Shown: one piece after another, positions 31,031-40,703 of the stretch
Layout of the letters: every line of letters starts with the position of its first letter
Numbering within the stretch: the first letter of the stretch is position 1
Sequence record: SRR31156797_3828
DNA length: 53,431 nt
Reading direction: 5' to 3' (one strand)
Made by a program: the position numbers and the translations under genes
The notes under the pieces: generated by a model
What the model saw: the letters and a program-made list of their open reading frames with translations, nothing else
Told to the model about the DNA's origin: nothing
Databases searched by the model: none

Positions 31031-32022
31031 TGCTGAAATATACCTATAAAGACACGCTTCCGGCAGCGATTCAAAAAAAGCTGGCAGACCACCGCGTTAC
31101 CCGCAGCTTGCGCAGGCCTACACGGGTATTTACCGACACCACTGATTTTACCTCAATTGACTATGGAGACATTATTCATGTCGAGGATCGCTATTACCTG
31201 ATTACAGCCTATACAAAAGAGGGACGTTTCGGAGTCGACGAACAGATAAAGCCCTGGGTACCAAAGGCTGAGGAATTGAGCAGCAGCAAAAAATACATAC
31301 TGAAGCTCGTCTTTCACGAAACATTTGATATACGGCTGGGCAGATATCTTATCACATGCTATCGCAGCCCTGAAAAAGAGGCGAGTATTCTCGAGCTCAC
31401 AGCAGGGCATCCCCAATTTATGCAGGGCGAGCCAATACTTGACGACGCTGGCAACCTCCTGCGTGTACTCATTCCAATAAACGGCAACAGGCTGGACAAG
31501 TACATCCACAAACCTCAATGTTCCCATGAAGACTATTTCTTTAACGAGCTGCCATCCATCCTCGAACGCTATCTGCTGTGTATCAAAGCGATAGGCGTGC
31601 TCCACCAAAATGGTTTTCGTCATGGCGATATCCGCCGCGATCACATTTTTGTGGATCGAACAACCGGTATTTTTTCCTGGATTGATTTTGATTATGACTT
31701 TTATCTGCCAGAAAAGCCCTATGCCCTTGATATGTTTGAACTGGTAAACATCTTATTGTACCTCATCGGACGAGGTGATTACCACCCAAGAGACATAGAA
31801 AAAAACCCAGAACTGGGCATAAATAAAGTAAGCGAAATAAATGAACGGGACCTGTCGCTGCTCTCACTGAACAGGGTGGTGAACTTACAGAAACTCTTCC
31901 CTTATATTCCAACCAAGCTCAACAATATTCTCCTCCATTTCTCAACAGCCACCAATGTCTTCTACGAATCAGTGGATGAGCTGTACAACGACCTGGAAGA
32001 GGCCTTGGAAGAGTTTCCCTGA
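31030..32022 (+). CDS. Protein kinase-like (Ser/Thr kinase fold) protein
   Basis: EGRFG Gly-loop remnant, ILK lysine, LH..GFRHGDIR, WIDFD; TGATG overlap with usp. Confidence 0.75.
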   Translation: MLKYTYKDTLPAAIQKKLADHRVTRSLRRPTRVFTDTTDFTSIDYGDIIHVEDRYYLITAYTKEGRFGVDEQIKPWVPKAEELSSSKKYILKLVFHETFDIRLGRYLITCYRSPEKEASILELTAGHPQFMQGEPILDDAGNLLRVLIPINGNRLDKYIHKPQCSHEDYFFNELPSILERYLLCIKAIGVLHQNGFRHGDIRRDHIFVDRTTGIFSWIDFDYDFYLPEKPYALDMFELVNILLYLIGRGDYHPRDIEKNPELGINKVSEINERDLSLLSLNRVVNLQKLFPYIPTKLNNILLHFSTATNVFYESVDELYNDLEEALEEFP

Positions 32023-32042
32023 CCCTTTAGAGTTAGAAGGCC

Positions 32043-32888
32043 TCAGAGCTTAGGCATGCCTTGATCATCTTCGGTCAACCCGACCACCACAAGACCGGCC
32101 TTATCTGCCGCCATAATCATTGCTTCACGATCAAAAAGCAATGACTGTCCGGCCTCTACCGCCAGCACAGCACCCTTGACCTCATCGATGGTCTCAATAG
32201 TCTTTTCGCCTGTGGCAGGCAGATCAAAACGGAAATCCTGATCAGGCTTTTTCAATTTAACAATCACCGCACCAGAACCTGCCAGCTTTCCCCCACGACG
32301 TATGGCGGCATCTGTCCCTTCAATAGCTTCTACCGCTAGAACGCTCCGGTCACGAACAACCACACACTGACCAATGTCAAGCTTACCTATCTGCCTGGCC
32401 ATGGACCAGCCGAATCGTATATCTTCCCACTGTTTTTTATCAGGCTTTCTTTTCGTCAAAACACCTTGAGGAAAAAACAAATGGTCCAGATAACAGGTAG
32501 AGGCGATAACCTTTATTCCTTCCTGTTCAAGAGCATCAGCCACAGCCCGCAGAATGGCATCGTCTAGTCGGGTGTCTATTTTATTCCATAAAGTGAGCCC
32601 CTTCAGATCGGGCAGTACATCTTTAAAAATACGTGTTTTGGTTATAGTCCCTGCAAAGACGGTTTCCCCTACCCCTTCCCGCTTGAAGAATTTAATTATT
32701 TTTCCGAGTTGCCCCAGCTTGACCCAACAGGTCACATCGGCCAGGGCTTCCAACTCGGCAAGGGTCTCGTTTACATGCGCAATGGCAACAACTTTGCGCC
32801 CCTGCTTTTGCGCAGCTTGTGTAAAAAGAAGAGGAAACTGCCCTCCTCCAGCTATGAGACCAATGGCAGACATACTTGCGACATCCAT
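32043..32888 (-). CDS. lpxI: UDP-2,3-diacylglucosamine diphosphatase LpxI
   Basis: GLIAGGG.FP, LDIGQ, AVEAIEGTD, QDFRFDLP. Confidence 0.92.
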   Translation of the reverse strand: MDVASMSAIGLIAGGGQFPLLFTQAAQKQGRKVVAIAHVNETLAELEALADVTCWVKLGQLGKIIKFFKREGVGETVFAGTITKTRIFKDVLPDLKGLTLWNKIDTRLDDAILRAVADALEQEGIKVIASTCYLDHLFFPQGVLTKRKPDKKQWEDIRFGWSMARQIGKLDIGQCVVVRDRSVLAVEAIEGTDAAIRRGGKLAGSGAVIVKLKKPDQDFRFDLPATGEKTIETIDEVKGAVLAVEAGQSLLFDREAMIMAADKAGLVVVGLTEDDQGMPKL

Positions 32889-32919
32889 TTACTATTTGAC
32901 AGGTTAACCATGATGCCCA

Positions 32920-33714
32920 TTATTCAAGTGTGCGTTTAACAACGCCGCGTTTACTTGAATGGAAAAAATCGACCAGCAACTGGACTTCCGGACAATCCAT
33001 CATTTCTTCTTCAATCTGCGCCAGTGCATCTTTCAACAAAAGTTGCGGAGAACGAAGCAGGAGCTTAAATGCCTCATCGAGCTTCTTGATCGTATCACGC
33101 TTCATCCCAGCCCTGCGAAGACCGATCTTATTGACACCGGATATACGCATCTGATTACGGGTGCCTTCCATGATAACATAAGGGGGAACATCCAACCCTA
33201 TACCCGACATACCGCCAACATAGGCGTAGTCACCTATCCGACAAAACTGATGGATAGCAACCAAACCACCAAGATTGGCATGATTACCAATTTCAACATG
33301 CCCGGCGAGGGTCGCAACATTGGCCATAATCACATAATCGCAAATGGTACAGTCGTGGGCAATATGACTGTATGCCATTATCATATTATTATTCCCGATA
33401 AGCGTACGCCCGTTGCCCTTGGCAGTTCCCCTGTGAATGGAAACATATTCACGAATCTGGTTATCATCGCCGATGATTAACTCGGTTTCCTCACCCTTAT
33501 AATGCATATCCTGTGGCGGAGCACCGATGGAGGTAAAAGAGCCAATGGTATTGCGGGCGCCAATCGTAGTTCGCCCGGAGACCACAGCGTGCGCGCAGAT
33601 ACGGGTATCAGGTCCAACGACCACAGGTCCGTCAAGAATGACATAGGGGTCAATAATTGCAGTGCTGTCAACCTGAGCCTGCGGATCAACCACTGCAGTG
33701 GCATGTATACTCAT
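32920..33714 (-). CDS. lpxA: Acyl-ACP--UDP-GlcNAc O-acyltransferase
   Basis: IHATA, PQD..YKGE, IRE...IHRGT, HIAHDC, LAGHV, HQFCRIG. Confidence 0.96.
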   Translation of the reverse strand: MSIHATAVVDPQAQVDSTAIIDPYVILDGPVVVGPDTRICAHAVVSGRTTIGARNTIGSFTSIGAPPQDMHYKGEETELIIGDDNQIREYVSIHRGTAKGNGRTLIGNNNMIMAYSHIAHDCTICDYVIMANVATLAGHVEIGNHANLGGLVAIHQFCRIGDYAYVGGMSGIGLDVPPYVIMEGTRNQMRISGVNKIGLRRAGMKRDTIKKLDEAFKLLLRSPQLLLKDALAQIEEEMMDCPEVQLLVDFFHSSKRGVVKRTLE

Positions 33715-33770
33715 AAAAAAATCCTATCTAAAAGGTGTTGCCCTCAACGACAACCACCCAAAAATATTTA

Positions 33771-34226
33771 TCAGGCAAAGGTGGCCATCAGTTCCGCTTC
33801 AGCCACGAGTTCGTCATCGACATATGCGCGCCCTGTCATCTTGGTTAGACGAGCCTTGTATTTGATCATTTCAAGTTTAAAAATGAGCTGATCACCTGGA
33901 CGAACCACCTTGCGAAACCGAACTTTGTCCAGCCCTGCAAAATATACCAGTTTTTCACCTATCATTGTTTGATCAGTGAGATAGGCAAGAATACCGCCAG
34001 CCTGGGCCATCCCTTCTAAAATAAGGACACCGGGCATGACTGGTTCCCCTGGGAAATGTCCCTGGAAATACGGCTCCCCCATGGACACATTCTTCAACCC
34101 GGTTACGCTTTTTCCAGGCTCGAAATCAATGATCCGATCAACAAGAATAAAGGGATAACGATGGGGCAGGAGCTCAAGTATCCCTTTAATATCCATTGGC
34201 AATTTAAATTCTTTTTCTGTGGTCAT
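33771..34226 (-). CDS. fabZ: 3-hydroxyacyl-ACP dehydratase
   Basis: LPHRYPF, FQGHFP..PVMPGVLI.E. Confidence 0.96.
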   Translation of the reverse strand: MTTEKEFKLPMDIKGILELLPHRYPFILVDRIIDFEPGKSVTGLKNVSMGEPYFQGHFPGEPVMPGVLILEGMAQAGGILAYLTDQTMIGEKLVYFAGLDKVRFRKVVRPGDQLIFKLEMIKYKARLTKMTGRAYVDDELVAEAELMATFA

Positions 34227-34236
34227 ATCGAAACTC

Positions 34237-35289
34237 TCAAGTATCTTCGCCTTCTTGCAGTAAGGCTGTCAGCCGGTCCACTTCTTTACGCAACCGACGT
34301 ACTTCTTTTATTATTTCCGGCAAACGACTGTATGCAGCCGTGGCCCTTCCCCATTTTTTCACATCAAAAGCAGGAGCACCGCCAAGGAGAGCCCCTTTGG
34401 GCTGATTGTTATGAACGCCTGACATGGCTGCGACCATAACACCGTCATCAAGATGAATATGACCACTTACCCCTGCTTTGGCACCCAAAACAACACTTCT
34501 ACCAAGACTGCTGCTCCCGGCAATACCGGTTTGAGCGACGAGAACCGAATTCTCGCCGATGACTACGTTATGGGCAACCTGCACTTGATTGTCGATCCTG
34601 ACCCCGGATTTAATCCAGGTGGTACCAAAGGCAGCACGATCAACACAAGAGCATGCACCTATCTGCACGTCATCATCTATGCGGACGTTACCAACCTGGG
34701 GCTTGGAATAATGATTGCCCATGGCATCTGTGGCAAAACCAAACCCATCACTGCCGATGACAGTACCATGATGCAGGTAGACCCTGTTACCAATAACACA
34801 GTTTGCAGCAATGGCAACGTTGGCATAAATGACCGTATCGTTGCCAATGGTAACCCCTTCCTCAATAACCACGCCTGGGTAAATGGTTACCCTTTCACCA
34901 ATGTGCACCCCTTCACCGATGGCCACATGGGCACCAATGGATATTGCTTCCGGCAGCTGGCAATCGGTCCCGATCACCGCTGATGGGTGAATACCGGTTG
35001 CTACATACTCTTTTTTCAAGAGAAGAGTATGGATGCGGGCAGCAGCGATATCCGGCCTGTCAACTACTATCCCTGGAAGTTCAAATGATTCTAAACCCTT
35101 AGGAACGATACAGGCACTTGCTCTGCATTCTGGTACCTTTGCCATCATTTTTTTATCGACCAGAAAAGTGATTTCACCCGGTTCGGCAAAGTCAAAACCA
35201 TTCAATCCTTTAATTTCGACGGCACCATCACCCAGAACTCTTCCATCTACAAACTCAGCAAGTTCCTGGAGAGTATATGATCGCGACAT
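34237..35289 (-). CDS. lpxD: UDP-3-O-acylglucosamine N-acyltransferase
   Basis: Hexapeptide repeats, IGSDGFGF, PQVGNV, IDNQVQVAHN; start moved to ATG 35289 (AAGGAG RBS). Confidence 0.95.
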   Translation of the reverse strand: MSRSYTLQELAEFVDGRVLGDGAVEIKGLNGFDFAEPGEITFLVDKKMMAKVPECRASACIVPKGLESFELPGIVVDRPDIAAARIHTLLLKKEYVATGIHPSAVIGTDCQLPEAISIGAHVAIGEGVHIGERVTIYPGVVIEEGVTIGNDTVIYANVAIAANCVIGNRVYLHHGTVIGSDGFGFATDAMGNHYSKPQVGNVRIDDDVQIGACSCVDRAAFGTTWIKSGVRIDNQVQVAHNVVIGENSVLVAQTGIAGSSSLGRSVVLGAKAGVSGHIHLDDGVMVAAMSGVHNNQPKGALLGGAPAFDVKKWGRATAAYSRLPEIIKEVRRLRKEVDRLTALLQEGEDT

Positions 35290-35377
35290 TGTGGCATTCT
35301 CCTTTGTAAAAACGGCGCAGCAAATGCGCTCCGCATGGTAATAGTTCCCCGCCAGCGGCTCGAACTTAGCGTATTTC

Positions 35378-36568
35378 TTACGCCTCGTAAAGTAAAACAG
35401 ATGATCGTTTTTTTTCGTACTCTTCCAACTGCGGCTGCCAGGATTGCTCAAGCTCCGCAATCGACACGCCTTGTTCCAATCCTTGCCGAATCTGTTTGCT
35501 CCCGATAATTAAATCCATGGGAAGCCGCTCAAATTCGTACTCATAGGGCGGCTCTTTGTAGGCAAAATCTTGCGGATACAGAATGAGTAATGCCTGAAGC
35601 AGGGCCAGGCTGGTCTTGTAAGGTTTAAAATGATGGGGATCAGTCACATGGATTTGAAACCCGCTGCATGGCTGCCCTGCCCATTTGCCGGAAGTTGGTT
35701 CAAACATGAGTGATCGGAGCAGACAGCCTGGCAACTCCTCCTGCTTGACATGCTGCATCACCTCTTCAGCCCGGACATATGGTGCACCAAACATCTCAAA
35801 CGGTAAGGTTGTCCCCCTGGCCTCGGACACCGTCGTCCCTTCCCATATAACCTGTCCAGGATAAACAAGCGCGGTATCGGCGGTTGGCATATTGGGTGAA
35901 GGAAAGACCCAAGGGAAACCGGTTTCTCCAAAGAACATATTACGGCGCCACCCTTTGACAGGTATGACTTCCAAGTCAACACTAATACTGCGTTCCATTG
36001 CGCAGAAGTTTGCTAACTCGCCCATTGTCAAACCGTGGCGCATGGGGATGTCGCACATTCCCACAAAAGATCGACACTCTTTTTCTAAAACATTGCCCTC
36101 TACGAGATGACCGCCAATGGGATTGGGCCGATCAAGAATAAGCACCTTTACACCTGTCTCTGCGGCAACCTCCATACAATACACAACCGTCCAAATAAAA
36201 GTATAAACACGGGTGCCCACGTCGATAAGATCCACCAGCAAAACATCCAGGTCAGCAAACATCTCGGGATAAGGCCGCCGTGTCTGCCCATAAAGAGAAT
36301 AGCAATGAAGACCGGTCGCCGGATCGATACTATTACCCGATTCGATCATATTGTCCTGTTTCTCACTAAAAAAACCATGCTGAGGGGAAAACATAGTAGT
36401 GAGCTGCCCCGGAAAAGTTGTCAGGAGGCGGTCACGGCTATGAATCAAATCATGATCTGTTGAGGCTTGATTTGAAAGCAGTCCCAGCCGTTTTCCGTTA
36501 ATCCAGGCAGGTCTCTGACGACATAACTCCTCAATGCCTATAGAAATCAAAGCATACCTCACGTTCAA
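35378..36568 (-). CDS. namZ: Exo-beta-N-acetylmuramidase NamZ family (DUF1343)
   Basis: FSPQHG, SLYG, D.GTRVYT, DRPNP, P.RHGLT.GE, PSPNMP, YPG, RGT..PFE. Confidence 0.85.
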   Translation of the reverse strand: MNVRYALISIGIEELCRQRPAWINGKRLGLLSNQASTDHDLIHSRDRLLTTFPGQLTTMFSPQHGFFSEKQDNMIESGNSIDPATGLHCYSLYGQTRRPYPEMFADLDVLLVDLIDVGTRVYTFIWTVVYCMEVAAETGVKVLILDRPNPIGGHLVEGNVLEKECRSFVGMCDIPMRHGLTMGELANFCAMERSISVDLEVIPVKGWRRNMFFGETGFPWVFPSPNMPTADTALVYPGQVIWEGTTVSEARGTTLPFEMFGAPYVRAEEVMQHVKQEELPGCLLRSLMFEPTSGKWAGQPCSGFQIHVTDPHHFKPYKTSLALLQALLILYPQDFAYKEPPYEYEFERLPMDLIIGSKQIRQGLEQGVSIAELEQSWQPQLEEYEKKRSSVLLYEA

Positions 36569-36621
36569 GAAATAATTAAAATATATTGTCGTTTAGGGTT
36601 GTTGCGCAAACATACCTGCAG

Positions 36622-36650
36622 TATCTAGCGAACTCTTGGGACTTCGTCAA
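36622..36650 (-). promoter_or_regulatory. Sigma70-type promoter upstream of namZ
   Basis: Minus strand TTGACG-N17-TAGATA. Confidence 0.4.
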
Positions 36651-36701
36651 GCCGGTATACCAAATGCCAAGCTTCCAGTCATATCTGATATAATTTCATT
36701 T

Positions 36702-37595
36702 TTACTGAGACTGATTTTTACGACGCAATGCCAACCCCACGTTGGAACCAAAAATCAATAATGCACCGAACCAGCCAACAAAAGTTAAGGCCGGTTCTGC
36801 AACAAGTATCGGCCCCAAAAGAGCGGCAAGTAATATACGGGTGGAAGATATGACCGCACCTTCAACAGCAGTGACAAAGTAAAAACCGTAGGTAAGCAGG
36901 TACTGGCCCAAAACGCCGGCAACGGAGCAGGAAAGAATAAAGAAAAACTCGGTTCTGTCAGGCATGAAAAGATGGTGCCTGAAAAACAAGAGCATTATTA
37001 AAATGCCAACCCCAAACATGAAAAACAAAATTGTCTGGGAATCATGGAACTGGCGGCTGACATTCAGATAAATTATGGCAAAGGCAGCACTGAAACCGGA
37101 GGCAAGGCCCCAGAAATTATGAAACCCCAAGCCGACAGTGCCTGGGGAGAGGACAAGCCACACCCCCACAAAGGCAATCATAACAATGCCGACGGCGACA
37201 CTATCCCGCTGTTTTTTCAAAAACAACCACGAAAAGAGGGCCACAAAAAGAGGATAGGTCATATTAAGAATATTGGCCTCTGCCACCGAAGAAACGGCGA
37301 CCGCCTTATAAAAGCAGAATACCGCCACAGTATTGGCGATGGTCCTGCCCAGCAAATAATGATAGCGACGTGGTTGCAGCCGTTGCTTTTTCCAGGCCAT
37401 GGTCAGGCACACCACGACAAACCCGAGTAGGAAGCGGGAAAAAACAAAAAAAGAGGGATCAATATCTACAGAGGACTGGGACCAGCGAATAATCAGCGTT
37501 GCCAGGTAAAAACAAAAGGCTGAACCAAAAACAGCAGCCCACCCGTAAAATTGACGAGTGGTTATCCGACTCGCTGCCAGCACGTTTGTACTCAT
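36702..37595 (-). CDS. DMT/EamA family transporter
   Basis: About 10 TM helices in two repeats, 297 aa. Confidence 0.85.
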   Translation of the reverse strand: MSTNVLAASRITTRQFYGWAAVFGSAFCFYLATLIIRWSQSSVDIDPSFFVFSRFLLGFVVVCLTMAWKKQRLQPRRYHYLLGRTIANTVAVFCFYKAVAVSSVAEANILNMTYPLFVALFSWLFLKKQRDSVAVGIVMIAFVGVWLVLSPGTVGLGFHNFWGLASGFSAAFAIIYLNVSRQFHDSQTILFFMFGVGILIMLLFFRHHLFMPDRTEFFFILSCSVAGVLGQYLLTYGFYFVTAVEGAVISSTRILLAALLGPILVAEPALTFVGWFGALLIFGSNVGLALRRKNQSQ

Positions 37596-37619
37596 AATAT
37601 TTTATATAGAGTTGAAAAT

Positions 37620-37698
37620 TAGATGACGTCGCAAAACCTTTGGCCTGCGGCGTCGAACTATCTTTTAGCAGGTGGTTCACTTTTCACGAGTCTACCAA
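37620..37698. repeat. Degenerate intergenic palindromic element (family 2, copy 2)
   Basis: TAGATGACGTCGCAAAA ... ACTTTTCACGAGTCTACCAA imperfect inverted arms. Confidence 0.4.
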
Positions 37699-37716
37699 TT
37701 TTCTCACCTGCATTGG

Positions 37717-38919
37717 TTACTCCTGCCAGAACCGAGCCCATTGGTCCACACCCTGTAACCAGTACACAGGCGAGCCATGAGGATGGCACCAGGCAAGGTT
37801 CCATTTATAATGGGCGCCCTGCCGCCACAGGTTCGCCTGCCAGAGCACCCATCCCCTATGCGGTGCCTGCAGTTCATTACGCGAAATTTCCATCTGCAGC
37901 CATACGATATCTCTCTTTTGCTCTATAGCCCACTGATGGATTCGCTCAGGTAAAGAAGCCCCTTTGTCTGCAAGGTAATTAGTTAAATAGGTATTATATA
38001 GAACAACCGGACAAGCAGGATCGACGGGAACATGGCGGGTTAAAAAAGCATCCAAGCCCAGTGGAAGGTCGACTGGATACAACTGCAGATGGTTTCCTCC
38101 TGCCTCCATATCACGAAGCACTGCAACTCCTTCCCGGAGCCGGGCCATACGTTCTTTCTGGTCGCCCCATATAAAGGATGCCAATGTATATTCATCTTCT
38201 ATCCCTTGCAAATAAAAAGGCATCTTATCACAGCCAATCCTTGAAACCACCTCCACCTCATCGGCAGTAGGGGGGGGAGGAGTAAAATGACCAGAACAAT
38301 TGACCTCAAACTGGGGGGTAGTCCCCTTCCCTAACCTAGCAATTATTTGAGTGGTGTCTCTATCCACTAAGGTATAGATTCGCTGCTCTGCAAGCAGGTT
38401 AAGTCCTGCACTTGCTCCCAGGTCAACCAGATGCACTCTTTTCCAGGGGGTATACAAAAGGGGCAGCAGCCAACACAAACCACGACCGGTTTCATTGGTC
38501 TGAACGCTTGCGGTCTGGATAAAAGCTTCCAGTTCTGCCTGCAGCAACAGAATTGCCTGACGAAGAACCTGCGGCAGATTCGAGTCGCCTGGGCTTTTTG
38601 TGCCATCAACTGTTGCAAAATACGCTGCCAGTTCTTTAGCTTCTGCACTCCCGGCCAGAACATATTTATGGAGTCCAGCCATCAGCAAAAGGGGAACATC
38701 AAAGGAGGCGCGATTGACTGCAACCTGTACCAGCCACTTGCCGACCAGATCACTCTCATCTACAAGCCACTGCCCTACGATACCGCACAACCCCGAAAAA
38801 AGAGGCGAATAGCCGCGGGTGAAATGCTCTTGTTTTTGAAATCGACCCACCAGTTGACGTCGAGAATCTTTTTCCATCTCCCTAGAGCTTGCCTTCGACA
38901 TCTCTGTTTTACCCATCAC
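37717..38919 (-). CDS. DUF2332 family protein
   Basis: QTNETGR, DLGASAGLNL, R.GCD, L.SFIWGDQ.ER..RL, HPHG motifs. Confidence 0.8.
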   Translation of the reverse strand: MMGKTEMSKASSREMEKDSRRQLVGRFQKQEHFTRGYSPLFSGLCGIVGQWLVDESDLVGKWLVQVAVNRASFDVPLLLMAGLHKYVLAGSAEAKELAAYFATVDGTKSPGDSNLPQVLRQAILLLQAELEAFIQTASVQTNETGRGLCWLLPLLYTPWKRVHLVDLGASAGLNLLAEQRIYTLVDRDTTQIIARLGKGTTPQFEVNCSGHFTPPPPTADEVEVVSRIGCDKMPFYLQGIEDEYTLASFIWGDQKERMARLREGVAVLRDMEAGGNHLQLYPVDLPLGLDAFLTRHVPVDPACPVVLYNTYLTNYLADKGASLPERIHQWAIEQKRDIVWLQMEISRNELQAPHRGWVLWQANLWRQGAHYKWNLAWCHPHGSPVYWLQGVDQWARFWQE

Positions 38920-39505
38920 CTACGCGCTCACATTCAGTTTATCGCTTTTTAGGTACTACCCAAAAAAAACACATGCCCAAAATACCTTATGGATAAAGCC
39001 ACCTCTGATTCCCGGCACTGTATACTCTTTTCAGCCTGTTAGATAAACGGAAAACAGCCCTCATTTAAGCAACAGGTGTCGCTTGTACAGTTCTCGCTGC
39101 TGATGAAAAAAATCAGACTTTCGTTGTGACTGGATTGAAAATTGTAAAGCTCCGCTACGTTTCCTTTTCCTGATCGAACAACGGTTGGCGAAAAGTAGAT
39201 AGGGCCTTACGAACATTACTGTGGTATGATATAGAGTCTACAGGGACTATCAAAATAAATAGTACCTAATTCATAACTTCCTGTCTGAGATAAGTCCGTT
39301 ACAGGGCCATACACCATTGCAATCTTCGCCTGCCGTAAGAACCGCTTCTTTCAAAAAGGCGCGCACCATCACTTCCTACACTCCTCAGAATTCACTCATA
39401 AGTGAATTCAACATCAGCAGATGTCTCTCCTGCGAATTGCGGACAGAAAGGATTTTACGATATTTTTTACCAAAACAGATACATGCAAACAAAAATTCTT
39501 ACATT

Positions 39506-39847
39506 ATGGAGATTCGTCTATTGACAGAGATATGTAAAAGGTGTGCTGAATGTTGTAAAAATTATCCTTTTGTAGCTCTCTCTAAAGATAAGATAAATTC
39601 GTTAAAAAAATTAACGAGGCTACCTGCTCAGGTTTTTACCAACCTAAAAGGTAAAGAAGGAGATGAATATTTCTTACAATTCCAGGAAAATGGATACTGC
39701 TATTTCTTAAATGAAAATGAGGGGAGTTTTTCTTGTGCCGTATATAAGGAAAGGCCAGGAATTTGTAAAAAATATCCCTCAAACCCCGTACAGGAAAGCG
39801 TCTGCACTATAATTAAGAATAAATTACTGGATAATACTCATGATTAA
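39506..39847 (+). CDS. YkgJ-family cysteine-cluster (Zn/Fe-chelating) protein
   Basis: CKRCAECC ... C.FL ... CAVY.ERP..CKKYP; ATG 39506 preferred. Confidence 0.85.
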   Translation: MEIRLLTEICKRCAECCKNYPFVALSKDKINSLKKLTRLPAQVFTNLKGKEGDEYFLQFQENGYCYFLNENEGSFSCAVYKERPGICKKYPSNPVQESVCTIIKNKLLDNTHD

Positions 39848-39922
39848 AACAATCACTTCAAACCACGATATGCAACGGACTGAGGGTATGACCGGTGGCC
39901 GCAAGTGAACTTAATGTGATAT
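39844..39922 (+). repeat. Degenerate attC-like site
   Basis: AAC-5nt-CTTCAAAC ... AGTGAAC-5nt-GTG: attC box geometry with the R' GTT changed to GTG; begins at the YkgJ stop codon. Confidence 0.5.
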
Positions 39923-39962
39923 TTTCAAATTACCCACTTTTAAATCAATACGAGCGAAACCA

Positions 39963-40106
39963 ATGGCAAAACCCAATTATTCATTTGAAAAACGACAAAA
40001 AGAGCTAGCAAAAAAGAAAAAGAAGGAAAAAAAGCGATTAAAAAAATTGGAGAAATCTACAGGGGAATCTCAACCTGATCAATCTTTATCAATCAACGAC
40101 GAATAA
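39963..40106 (+). CDS. 47-aa Lys-rich small protein
   Basis: Hand translation MAKPNYSFEKRQKELAKKKKKEKKRLKKLEKSTGESQPDQSLSINDE; below the ORF-track cutoff; N-terminus resembles a small proteobacterial family (from memory). Confidence 0.7.
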   Translation: MAKPNYSFEKRQKELAKKKKKEKKRLKKLEKSTGESQPDQSLSINDE

Positions 40107-40642
40107 AGTGCACCTATTGTTTATGACGCATCTTGGATGCATGTCGGAGAAAGCCCTTTCCGCCCATTTTTTCGTTATGGTCAAAAATTAAATGCTCGCA
40201 ATAGTGATCACATGGCTGCGCTTAATTTTCTACCCATGCCTTGAATGGAACAAAAATGGCAATTCTCCGATATGCTCCTAAAAAAAATAACAGTTGTAGG
40301 TGGCCAAGGTCAAAAGCCTTGCGTTAGTATTAAGCACCCCGAAAAATTGATATTTCTATCAATCGTAGCATTATGCTTCAAACTCAAGCTTCCGACCTGG
40401 CCTTTTCAAGTAACACATCAATGTAACTTGCTAATTTTACCAAATATTAACATAAAAAGCCTTCTTCTTCCTGATACAATGTTTTTTGCTTAGGGAATAT
40501 CTGGTAACCCTACATTGGACTTCCAAAGAGATGCTGCATATGGTTTCCTCAGAAACCCAAAGGATAAGTGATAGTTCATGCTGGGAATGTTTGTGCTGGT
40601 TGTCCGGTTCTTTGATGTGCTGGTCGATAAGTGATCGATAAG

Positions 40643-40703
40643 AATAAATAGGGCACGCACCACGTTTTCCTGTATCGACCTACCAGTTGCTTGCCTATTT
40701 ATT
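40643..40703. repeat. REP-like palindromic element (family 1), internally deleted copy
   Basis: AATAAATAGGGCACGCACCACGTTTTCC ... GCCTATTTATT. Confidence 0.65.

Noticed and set aside
35290-35460. N-terminal extension of lpxD (also the extensions of hisHF, YkgJ, VOC, pstA and the 14268 ORF)
   Set aside because: Downstream ATGs fit RBS, promoter position or family length better, and several extensions overlap neighbouring features.
40245-40493. 82-aa ORF in the island
   Set aside because: No motif or clear RBS; low-information AT-rich sequence.
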